Shown in pieces: positions 27,598 to 38,571 of a DNA stretch of 64,000 nucleotides. The stretch spans positions 161,138,001 to 161,202,000 of the forward strand of contig OX597815.1 of assembly GCA_951406725.2 (NCBI GenBank), written 5' to 3'. A program made the translations under genes and the position numbers. The notes under the pieces are model-generated. The model was not told the DNA's origin and searched no databases. It was given only the letters and a program-made list of their open reading frames with translations. Every line of letters begins with the position of its first letter. Position 1 is the first letter of the stretch. The DNA comes from Octopus vulgaris. Its lineage: Eukaryota.

Positions 27598-28326
27598 TTC
27601 TATGTATGTATACACACACACACACACACACATACATGACTTTTGTTTAAAATTAGTGCAATCATGTTTAAACAAAAGGAAACATACTCAAACACACACA
27701 TACTTAGAAAATATGATGGTCTCCATCTACCAAATTTCACATAGAAGACATTGGTCAATCCATAGTAGAAGCTTGTAGAAGACACTAGCCAACAGAGCCC
27801 ATGTAGTGAAAATGAATCCTAAACAATGAGGTTGTTTTCATTGCATCCATAGGACTGCAAAATGCTTGAAGATTCATCTAACCCATGCCAGCATGGAAAA
27901 ATGGATGTAAAATAATAATGACAATGACAATAGTACACACAAACACTACAACTTATAAAAAAGAATTATAGAAAGCTTATAAGGCTAATGAGAAAGAGTT
28001 TGTAGAACTCTTAACAATATGATATTCTTTGGTTGCCATTTAACATTTTATTAAATGTCTAAATGTCTGAGATATGTTATAGTTGATAGATATAGTCTTA
28101 GAGTTGTAATATCCCTTAGAATATTTACATTTACACTCTATCGCTGTGAGGTCAAATGTGAGCATGTGGTAAGATGTTTGCTTACCAACCACATGGTTCT
28201 GAGTTCAGTCCCATTCTAATGCCTTGGGAAAGTGTTTTTTTTTTTATCATAGCCCTGAGTTGACCAAAGCCTTGTATGTGGGTTTGGTAGATAAAAATTG
28301 AAAGAAGCCAATCTTGTGTATGTATG

Positions 28327-28357
<31 letters not shown>

Positions 28358-28657
28358 AGAATTTACTGGTTTATATTACCTACAACAATAACAATGTTAC
28401 TTCCATAGATATTTTACATCAAATAGTTAAGATGGTACATTAATCTGATGAAGTATCATTACATATTCAAATAGATTCGATTATTCTTGAAAAACTTCAT
28501 TTATGAATGAAGCGGAAACAGCTGTAATTTAAGAGATGTGTCATTTGTTTATATAAATTATTTGAATTGAATTGAATATACAATTGTTCAAGTTATTGTT
28601 TTGCTTTTCCATTTCTGATTTATGTTTATATATATATATATATATATATACATATAT

Positions 28658-28981
28658 ACGAGCAAAATGTCCCCCGTCCAATGGATGGTGCTGAGTTGTC
28701 AAACATTTAAACCAAATTTTCTCAAAACAACTTGTCTGACCGTCCCATAGGCCTCCCCTTTGAGAAACATTGATTTAACCTAAATTTGAGACACCACACG
28801 TTCCCACGGCTTTATCGATTGCATTCTCACCTGGAATCGATTTTTGTAATTTTTTCAAGACTTATACACGCCCTGATACCGTCAGTATCTATACATCAAA
28901 TTTGAGCGCAATCGGATGGAGGATGCCTGAGATCCTAGAAGACACACACACAGACCGACAGAACGATTTTATATAATAGAT
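28658..28981 (+). mobile_element. Putative non-autonomous Helentron/DINE-like element in a (TA)n tract
   Basis: 5' short hairpin ccgtcc..ggatgg, aaatttgagcgcaatcgg motif, ACAC/ACAG microsatellite, ttttatataatagat end. Confidence 0.5.
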
Positions 28982-29005
28982 ATATATATCTATCTATCTA
29001 TATAT

Positions 29006-29915
29006 ATTGTGGCAAAATGTTCCCAGTTTTTTTTATGTTTAATAAAAAAATAACTTATTTACCTAAGTTTTAACATCATTCCCTTTGAAATAGTCACCTT
29101 GCACAGCAATACACGGTCCCAGTTTTCTTGCCACTTTTTGGATCCAGCCTAGAAGTCGTTTTCCATAAGCTTTTTGAGATTCACTCTGGATCTCAACAAC
29201 AGTGCTAAAATGGCAACCTTTGAACTGCATTTTCATCTTGGGGAAGGGATAGAAGTGCATAGGTGCTAAATCTGGGGAATAGATATGTGAGGACGTGATA
29301 CCAAATTGTTTTTGGTGAGAAGCTCATGTGTGAGGACAGCTCAGTGACAAGGTGCATTTTTGTCATAATGAATCCAATTCTTCATGTTCCACAGATCCAG
29401 TCGTTTTCACCAAATGTCCTCCCACCAAAATTTCAAAACGTCACAGTAGAACTCTTGATTAATGGTCTGGCCCTGGGGTATGAATTCTTGATACACAATA
29501 TTGCAGATGTCAAAAAATATGATGAGCATGTTATTGATAGAGCTGCAGCTCTGTCATGCCTTCTTCAGTTGTAGATTTGAAGGGCTCTTTCATTGTGATG
29601 ACTCCTGCTTCATCTCAGGGCCATACTCATAGGCTCAACTCTTGTCGCTGGTTATGACTCCCCAAGTTTTTTTGTTTTTTTTCCACATTGGCTCTTTGTT
29701 CCAACTTCCTATCAATGACAAAAACTACAGACTACAGCATATTCATGATCACAAAAACTCAAATTTCACCAACTTCCAAAGTATACACAGCAATGCCACT
29801 TGATACACTGCCTCATGTAGGTCGCCACTAGCTCTCAATGTACATGCAACCATGTGCTGCCATCTGTTGGTGTGCTACAAGAACTAGTCCAGGAACTTTT
29901 TGATACCACCTCGAA
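29006..29915 (-). mobile_element. Mariner transposon, internally deleted and decayed
   Basis: TIR cgaggtggtatcaaaaagttcctggact on the minus strand. Encodes PDLAPMHFYPFPKMK and CIAVQGDYFKG. Confidence 0.8.
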
Positions 29916-29934
29916 TATATATATATATAATGTC

Positions 29935-30316
29935 TAGGCGCAATGGCCCAGTGGTTAGGGTAGTAGACCCAATGTCATAGGATTGCGGTTTCAATTTCCA
30001 GACCAGACATTGTGAGTGTTTATTGAGTGAAAGCACCTAAAAGCTCCACGAGGCTCCAGAAGGGGATAGTGGTGAACCCTGCTGTACTCTTTCACCACAA
30101 CTTTCTCTCACTCTTACTTCCTGTTTCTCTTGTGCCTGTAATTCAATGGGCCGGCCTTGTCACACTCTGTGTCACGCTGAATATCCCTGAGAACTGCGTT
30201 AAGGGTACATGTGTCTGTGGAGTGCTCAGCCACTTGCACGTTAATTTCACGAGCAGGCTGTTCTGCTGATTAGATCAACTGGAACCCTTGTCATCATAAG
30301 CGACAGAGTGCCAACA
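29935..30316 (+). mobile_element. SINE family C, full length
   Basis: Colinear with 55988-56377. Confidence 0.85.
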
Positions 30317-30325
30317 TATATATAT

Positions 30326-30385
30326 ATCCTTAAATCCTTAAAAATGTTTTAGCCCGAAGGCTGTGGCCATGCTGGGGCACCACCG
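30326..30385 (-). mobile_element. Short LINE/SINE 3' stem-loop tail with TAAGGAT(T) terminal repeats
   Basis: Nearly the same 60-mer occurs at 32845-32906. Both abut (TA)n. Confidence 0.6.
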
Positions 30386-30679
30386 CTGAGATGGTGGTGT
30401 CACCGCTAAATATTAATATATATATTAATATTTAGCTGAAGCAATCAAGTGTCTCAAGGCCTGAGAGTTTAAAATAAATAAAATGAAAATATACATATAT
30501 ACAAATATACAAAATATACAAATGGCGGTGCCCCAGCATGGCCACAGCTCATGAGCTGAAACTGGAAAAATCAAAATCATATACTCATAGTTTGAGTTCT
30601 ATTTTTCCAGTTTTCATCACCATATTACTTGTGTGTGTGTGTGAGAGAGAGAGGGAGGGAGAGAAAGAGAGAGCGTGTG

Positions 30680-30928
30680 TGTGTTTCCTTGTCTTGACAT
30701 CACATGATAATCACGAATCAATGTCACTGTCGCAGAAGCAGTGTCATTCATTTCCAATATTCTGCGAGAATATGTCTGACCAGGTGGGGGAAATATTGCC
30801 TTGCTTAAAAACAAGCGAGAGTTAATGACAGGAAGAGCATCTGGCTGTCAAATCTGCCTCAAGTATACTTTGTCCAGCCCATGCAAGCATTAAGTGAGCA
30901 TTAAGTAATGATGATGATGATGATAATG
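30680..30928 (+). mobile_element. Repeat with RTE-type (GAT)n tail (relatives at ~22770 and 45040-45460)
   Basis: gtcttgacatcacatgat...gaaatattgccttgctt...cccatgcaagcat...gatgatgat. Confidence 0.55.
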
Positions 30929-31695
30929 AAAACAACTGCACTTTATAATGAACAGCTATCAAACCAATCGAAACCATATAGATGATGTAAACAGTGAAGA
31001 AAAGGAGAAAAAAATACTCATCTCTGCTCATGAGGGTAATAGTTGAAAAAAATTATAAACTTATTAGCATTTTCAAGTTCATTTAACATTTATTTATTTA
31101 TTTATTTAACATTTTTATTTTCGTTTTTAGTGCCAAAATTGGTTAAATAGTTGTACAAATTCAGATACTGGATTGCTGGTGAAAATGTTTATTCAAGTTT
31201 ATACGAGAATTCTTCGAACCATGAAATTAACATTGTGCATATTTGTTTTTAAATCTTGTTTTACTGAAGCATACAGTGGAACATGTCTTTCTAAAGAACA
31301 TGTTTTGCCAAAGGAAGAGAATGTGGGGTAGATTGTTTTCTTTTTATTTTATATTATACATTTATTGATTGATGTTTTTTTTTTTTTTTAGATTTTATTT
31401 ATCTCCCTCAGAGTGTGAACTTTGTAGTTAAAGATATTGACCTGGTGTGAAACTTTCATCTTCTAAAATTTCACCAGCATATCAAAAAAAAAAAAAATAA
31501 AATAAATAAATAAAATAAAATAAAGATAATGGAAAGAAGAAGAAAAAAAACAGAAAAAATTCTTGACTTTACAGTTTTTACTTCATGCTGCATCTGACAC
31601 TAATGAAAAGAACCATGTGAATATGCATATGTGTGTGAAAGTAATGCTTACATCTCTGTTTATGTGTGTATATCTTCTGGGAAGAATATATATCG

Positions 31696-32107
31696 GCCCA
31701 GGAGTGGCTGTGTGGTAAGAAGTTTGCTTCCCAACCACATGGTTCTGGATACAGTCCCACTGCATAGAAACTTGGGCAAGTGTCTTCTACTATAGCCTCA
31801 GGCTGATCAGGGCCTTGTGAGTGGATTTGGTAGATTGAAACTGAAAGAAGCCCATCATATATATATGCATATATATATTTGTGTGTGTTTTTGTGACTGT
31901 GTTTGTCATCCACCTTCCCATCACCATTCGATAACTGGTGTCAGTGTGTTTACATCCCCATAACTTTGTGGTTCAGCAAAAGTGACTTTGAGGCTTTGAG
32001 AAATATATATATAAAGTAAGTCTTAGGATTGATTTGTTCAGTTAAAACCCTTCAAGGCAGTGCTCCAGCATGGCTACAGTCAAAGGACAAACAAGTAAAA
32101 CAAAAGG
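31696..32107 (+). mobile_element. SINE family A, full length
   Basis: caggagtggctgtgtggtaagaag head through tgctccagcatggc tail. Confidence 0.8.
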
Positions 32108-32149
<42 letters not shown>

Positions 32150-32571
32150 CGTGTGTGTGTGTGTGTGTGTGCACATGGGTGCACAAGTCCTTTATATCAA
32201 AATGCAAAGATGATGATGGCTGTTTGACCTCGTTGAAAATGTATATCTATGAAACAGCATGATTATACTATTTGGAGTTAGGCCATCATTATCGACTTGG
32301 ATTGTCATGTATGTATAATGTCTGCTCATACACTGACACAAGTTATTAATCTCCACTAAGAGCCAAACCTAAAATCATCGATTGCTGAAGATTTAGATTT
32401 GATAGTTCCATCAATCAAATGTGTAAATTAAAATTACAGCTGTAGACTAAACTCCAATCTGTTTACTTTGCAGAAAAAACTTAACTCTTTACAAACTAGT
32501 TAATTTGCCAATTGCTCTAATTCACTGAAAAGCAAGCAATTTACAAATATTAAAATAGATTTCTCTCCTGC

Positions 32572-32602
<31 letters not shown>

Positions 32603-32802
32603 TACCGTCTCTCTCTCTCTTTTCCAACTGGAGTAGCCATATATCTCCTCTGCATTACTACACTTGTTTGTCATTCTGAAATGTTATATCTATCCAAAAG
32701 TGTAAAAAAAATAAGAATGTGGCAGAACAGGCACATCTAAATTTATAAACATTTATTGAAGGGTTTATTATATTGGGTGGAATGCAGTGACACATACATA
32801 CA

Positions 32803-32848
<46 letters not shown>

Positions 32849-32915
32849 TTAAAATCCTTAAATCCTTAAAAATGTTTCAGCCCGAAGGCCGCGGCCATGC
32901 TGGAGCATATATATA

Positions 32916-33251
32916 TGTTAATGTATGCACTTCACTCCACATTTATTTCACATGCTACTAATAGTTCCACATGCAAGTACATTCATCAGGCGCTGATTAT
33001 TCTATGAAACCAAGAAGTGTAAGCAGCTCACCTGTAGTGGAATCTTCCATTAAATATGGTTTGCTTTAGCATTGCCTCTCACCTGGTTCTCTGTTTAAAC
33101 TTCGAATAATCAGTGCCTGATGAACATACTTTTCATGTACATGAAACTATGAGTAGTGCATGTAATACATGTGGAGTGAAATGCATACATTAATATCGGA
33201 CTCTCGTTAGAGGGAGTACTCTTCTTGTTGACCTTTTTATGCAGATCAGTC

Positions 33252-33255
<4 letters not shown>
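32916..33255. mobile_element. Penelope-like terminal repeat in inverted arrangement with hammerhead-like cores
   Basis: Inverted arms 32916-33002 and 33104-33195. CTGATGA at 33117-33123, GAAAC at 33143-33147, GTA at 33153-33155. Confidence 0.6.
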
Positions 33256-33290
<35 letters not shown>

Positions 33291-33444
33291 TATAATTTAG
33301 AGAAAAACCTCTATTAAACAATTCAATAAAGAAATATGTTATTCACACCATATAGAAAACATATGCTATAAAAAACGTATACTATAAAAAAAGCCTTATT
33401 CTAAAAATCAATAAAGTACAATAAATAGTAAATCATAATAATAA

Positions 33445-33665
33445 CATGGCTCAGTGGTTAGAGCGTCAAGCTTACAATTGTGGGGTTGTGAGTTTGAATC
33501 CCAGACCGGGCTGCATATTGTGTTCTTGAGCAAGACACTTTATTTCACATTGCTCCAGTTCACTCAGCTGTAGAAATGAGTTGCAACATCATAGGTGCTA
33601 AGTTGTTCTACCTTTGCCTTTCCCTTGGATAACACTGGTGGCATGGAGAGGGGAGGCTGGTATGT
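33445..33665 (+). mobile_element. SINE family D, 5' part
   Basis: A box tggctcagtgg, B box gagtttgaatccc, core gttcttgagcaagacac. Confidence 0.75.
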
Positions 33666-34529
33666 CTTGTAGCTTCAACATTTTGATGATGCACTTGTTT
33701 ATTTTTAGATTCAAGCCTATCATATCTACCTGCAAGGTAGATATGACAAAATGAGTAAAATGTTTGGGCCTGATATGACCTGTTTGAATGCTAAACAGTT
33801 AATGGCTCTGGTTTCTCCTCACCTGCAGCAGAAAAATATTTCATGCAAAACAGATGAAGATGAGGCACAGTTAATCCATATAGTTTTATATTTGTATGTT
33901 TTATCAGCTTTAGAAGGATGAAAAGTAAAATTGATCTAAAATTGATTGAGATAGGAATTGAACTTCAGCCATAAAAATAAGTTACAAGGTGGGTGCACTA
34001 AGCAGAGATGTGTATAACTGCATTGTTATTACTAGTTTAAATATGCTTGTGGCAAGTTCAAGTTCACTGTGAGAAATTTTCTCCATGGCGAAACACACTG
34101 AATGGCTTGTTTACGAGTTTCAACTTGCCACTGGTAATAATATTGCATGGAAATAAGATTAAATGCTATAAGCTATTAAGTCCAATGCTAGTCTAATGCT
34201 GTACCATTTCTGTTTACTCCACTGTACTTATAAGTTTGTAATACTGAATAAACAATTGATTAGAACTAAACAGAAGGTTATAGTATTTTCTATTGTATCA
34301 AAAAGCCCTTGTCAATATTCAAACACAATAAATATGAAATTATCTCTGGTGGCTGGCATTCAATCAAATACATATCACCTCAAACCAAACATTGTTGCTG
34401 CATATTTTATTAAGCGAAAGATGGAACAATCATTTGAAAAGAATGCTCAATAAATGTTATTTAAAGTTGAAATAGATAAGGTCAGCAATCATCATTATCA
34501 CCATCCTCATTATTGATTTCTGTCCTGCA

Positions 34530-34995
34530 TAGGTTATGACATAATCTGCTATATATCTGAAGGGTGATCCTAGGACACTGAACCTTATGGAGGAGATGAC
34601 AAAGGGTCGGGATATCTGGTGACTTGCTGCACTCAAGAAGACCTGTCCAGCACAGCAGAAATGTTAATGCTTTTCCCCCTGCTGAAGAGGATAAGCTTGC
34701 AAGAATCCATGTAAAAAACACCTATGCTAGTGCCATCTAAAAAGCAGCCATGATGGTGCCATGTAATACCTCCCATGTTGGTGCCACTTAAGAGTACTTG
34801 TACTGGTGTCACATAGAAGGCACTCAGAACACTCTGTAAAGTGGGTGGCGTTGGAAAAGGTATCAAACCAAAGAAGCCTAGCAAAATCAGACTGGAACCT
34901 TGTGTCACTTTCTAGTTTGCCAGCTCTGGTCAAACAGTCCAACCCATGCCAGCATGGAAAACGGACATGAAAGGATGGTGATGATGATGATGACA
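34530..34995 (+). mobile_element. RTE-clade LINE 3' end
   Basis: Same ORF end and 3'UTR as 24933-25395, with a (GAT)n tail. Confidence 0.7.
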
Positions 34996-35153
34996 ATCAT
35001 CATCATTACCATCATCATCATCATAGTATCTGTTTTCTCAACCCTTTGTCATCTCATTTGTAACGCACACACTATCCACCCATGCCAGTATTGGGGACAC
35101 ATTAATTGCTGGTGATAATGCTGGTAATTATGCTGTTGATTTAAATATCTTTA

Positions 35154-35174
35154 TATTTTTCGATGTTGTTGTTG

Positions 35175-35214
<40 letters not shown>

Positions 35215-35522
35215 TCAGGTCACTGCCTGGAATCAAACTCGGAATCTTGGGATTAGTAGCCCATGCTCTTAACCACTACACCACAGGCATATGGCGTAGT
35301 GGTTAAGAGCACGGGCTACTAACCCCAAGATTCCGAGTTCGATTCCAGGCAGTGACCTGAATAATAATAATAACATCGAAAAATACCTTAGGAATGAGAA
35401 CCCAGGTTCGAAATTTCCCCAAGACACCTGATGAACGCTGGAGGGTATATCAGCCGAAACATTGTGTTAACAACAAACAAGATGAGGACAAATATCTGTC
35501 AAATGTAAATAATGTAAATAAT
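35154..35522 (+). mobile_element. tRNA-headed element with inverted 5' duplication and hammerhead-like tail
   Basis: Arms 35154-35283 and 35292-35385. A box at 35292-35302, B box at 35335-35346, tail (tgtaaataa)2. Confidence 0.75.
35423..35468 (+). ncRNA. Minimal type I hammerhead ribozyme-like motif (probably decayed)
   Basis: gacac-CTGATGA-a-cgctg(loop)cagcc-GAAAC-att-gtgtt: stem I gacac/gtgtt, stem II gctg/cagc. Confidence 0.6.
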
Positions 35523-36242
35523 TAACTGATGCCTTCAGTTTTTAACCCCTCTCATGGCTTATTCTGCTCTGTCTCATTACATTCCCACCAGCTTACATGG
35601 ATAATCTGCATCCATTATATCTGTCTTACAACAGTTTAACATCATAACCCTCATCCATACTTCGTACTTTCATGTAGTTTGCTTTTGTACAAAAAGAGAA
35701 ACCTTTTGTTGTCAACATTGGTACTATCACCTCACTCTCTATGAAAACTTTTTTTCTCTCTAACACAAAACTATCAACACATTGTATGATACAATCTTTG
35801 GGCTGCAGAACATTGTTTCAGATTTGGAATTTATTTCTGAAAGTCTTTGACAGATTCAAACAAGAAAATCAGATTGTCAGCATATAAAACCTCCTAAATT
35901 GATATAAAATTTCATACAACATATACTATACAAAGTATATTATATTATGTACATTCATAAATGTAACTAATTACACAGGAATTTTACCACTTGCATATAT
36001 GCACATTTACAAATGCTGCCTTCCTATACTATATCAAAATTTTTCTTACTTTATTATTTGAATTATAAATTTTGGCAAAACTAAATTTTTTACCCATATT
36101 GTTTCTCAAGAGCAATTACAAAGGAGATAATCATTTCTTCCTAATTTGAGGTGGGATTATAAATTTGAATTTACATTTTGGAAATGTCTTTGGCAACATT
36201 TTAAAAAAGTTTTCATTACTTAAAAATATCTTTTTTTTACAG

Positions 36243-36365
36243 ATAAAGAGTGTTAAATTGAAGCAATTGAATGCAGATGCCCCCAACATGGAGACAGTTG
36301 TTACTATAGCAATTGTACTGACCACCATAGGAGGACTGTTATGTCTTGTTCTTCTTGTACTGCAG
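36243..36365 (+). CDS. Receptor-type PTP, transmembrane exon (IKSVKLKQLNADAPNMETVVTIAIVLTTIGGLLCLVLLVLQ)
   Basis: Acceptor ttttttttacag, donor cag|gtatgt, 123 nt, phase 0/0, long hydrophobic helix. Confidence 0.9.
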
Positions 36366-37582
36366 GTATGTAGATTGTTTTTCTCACTTTGTTCTTATTA
36401 ATATTGAAACATTAATTGCATCATTTTTGTATAAATGTAATTTCAACAAATAGGCACAGACAGGGCTGTGTTGTAAGAAGTTTTCTTCCCAACCACACGG
36501 TTTCCTACTTCAGTCTCACTGCGTGACACCTTGGGCAAGTAAACACACACACACATACCTATCATCATCATTTAACTTCCACTTTCCATTTTGACATAGG
36601 ATGAGTAGTTTGACAGTATCTGGTGAGTTACAAGGTCATGTTAGCCTCCAATGTCAGCTTTGGCTTAGGTTTTACAGCTGAATGCCCATTCCTAATGCCA
36701 GCCACTTTACAGAGTGTACTGGGCGCTTTTTTCCTGCCACTGACGCTAGTGAGGTTCCCAAGTAACATACAAAGCAAAAACAGAACAGGTAGAGGAAAAG
36801 GAAAATGATCCCACTGCTACATGGGAAATATTTGAGCAAGGAAAGTGAGAAAGTGGCTCTATGTCAGCTATCAAAAGGCTAAATTAAGGCACAGGTGTCT
36901 TGTTATAGAGAAGATATATCGCTACCCCACTATTATATATATAGAGGTGAGTGAGAAAAGTTAAGAAGGTAGTGATGGAGTGCCAGAGCAAACTCTCAAA
37001 GTACAACAAAGTGAGTATAACTGAAGATACAGACAGTGGATCACAGAAGGAAAGAGTGTAGATGCTTTCCTTGAGTGTGAGGTGGTAGAATAACAGATGG
37101 TGAAAAATGGAGCTGTAAATGAATGTACTAAGTGATGAACAAGAGTAGAAGTGCAGTTCAGGAAAATATCAGTATGGAAAGGTATAAGGTGATATATATA
37201 TATACAGGGTCATAAAAAAAGGTTTCCATGATTTCAAAATGAAATGATTATGTCTGTATTAAAGGTATACTATAATATTTATTTATACACCAAAACAAAC
37301 AGAAAATCTTAAATTTTTCTTACATTACTTAGTAGGTTTTGATATGAGCTCCCTTTGTTGCACGACAAACATCTGAGTGATAGTGGAGCCCCACACTACT
37401 CAAAGCCTTGTGAGTGAATTTGGTAGACAGAAACTGAAAGAAGGCCATCATATATGTGTATTGTGTGTGTGTGTGTGATTTTCTTTGTCTCACATTAACA
37501 CTTGACAACCAGTGTTGGTTTGTTTATGCTCTTGTAACTTTGGAATTCAGCAAACATTATATCTGTCAATTTTGTATATATA

Positions 37583-37864
37583 TGTTGGGTTGGTGCATAA
37601 TTATTGCAGCTTTTTTACAAGAAATTTTATTAAACAAAAACAATATTTAACAAAAACATCTTTAAATGACAGTCTGACCATGAACCAGGATTAAGGAAAG
37701 GCACAGTGTTTAAGGAAGAAAACCAGCAAATGGGAAGCAGTAATTGAAGTAGATGGTGAATATGCTCCAGAATAATCATTTAGAGATGTTTTTGTTACAT
37801 GCTGTTATTGGTTTTGTTGAATAAAATTTGTTGAAAAAAGCCACTATAATTATGCACCACCCTA

Positions 37865-37867
<3 letters not shown>
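37583..37867 (+). mobile_element. Mariner deletion derivative (MITE)
   Basis: TIRs ttgggttggtgcataattattgcagctttttt / aaaaaagccactataattatgcaccaccctaa. Retains the transposase C-terminus KWEAVIEVDGEYA. Confidence 0.85.
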
Positions 37868-37929
<62 letters not shown>

Positions 37930-37942
37930 TATATATATAAAG

Positions 37943-37982
<40 letters not shown>
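37865..37982. repeat. (TA)n microsatellite with two aagtta interruptions
   Basis: Direct reading. Confidence 0.95.
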
Positions 37983-37984
<2 letters not shown>

Positions 37985-38415
37985 AACCATGTGTGTGTGT
38001 GAATATCTACATACTTATAAACATATACACATATATGTGTATGTATGTATTTGTATATGTATATGCATGCATTTATATATATGTGTGTGTGTATGCATAT
38101 ATATCAATGTGTGTGAAGGAGCAAGCATGGCTATGTGTTGTTACAAAATTTGCTTTGCAATCACAAGGCAATAGACATGGCCCCAGGTATCAACCGTTTG
38201 GTCTCAAACTGACCGATGTCTTATGAGTAGGACTGGTAGATGGAAACTGAGAAGCTTGTCATATGTATGTATAAATATATATATATATATATGTATGTAA
38301 CCATGTACGTATGTAATACATTCATGTACAAACACACACACATACACACACACACATGCTCAGAAGAAACATTCATGCATCCATACTCATTCACAGAAAA
38401 TTTCTATCATTTCAG

Positions 38416-38571
38416 ATAATTGTGCATCGCAGGCGTTGTCAGAAGCTGCACATGTACATGCCTTCACGTAAAATGTCAATGGGCAGCTTAGATTCAATTG
38501 CACTTGGAACAATGGCCCAGTCACGTCCAAGCAGCGGCCTCTATAATGCAGGGATGGAGCCCGCTGACCAC
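38416..38571 (+). CDS. Receptor-type PTP, juxtamembrane exon (IIVHRRRCQKLHMYMPSRKMSMGSLDSIAL...EPADH)
   Basis: Acceptor atcatttcag, donor cac|gtatgt, 156 nt, phase 0/0. HRRR is a positive-inside stop-transfer motif after the TM helix. Confidence 0.9.

Noticed and set aside
35286-35358. Functional tRNA gene with ACT anticodon
   Set aside because: Acceptor and T stems do not pair properly and the sequence is embedded in a repeat structure, so it is treated as a tRNA-derived head. The same applies to SINE heads at 21656, 29935, 33445 and 55988.
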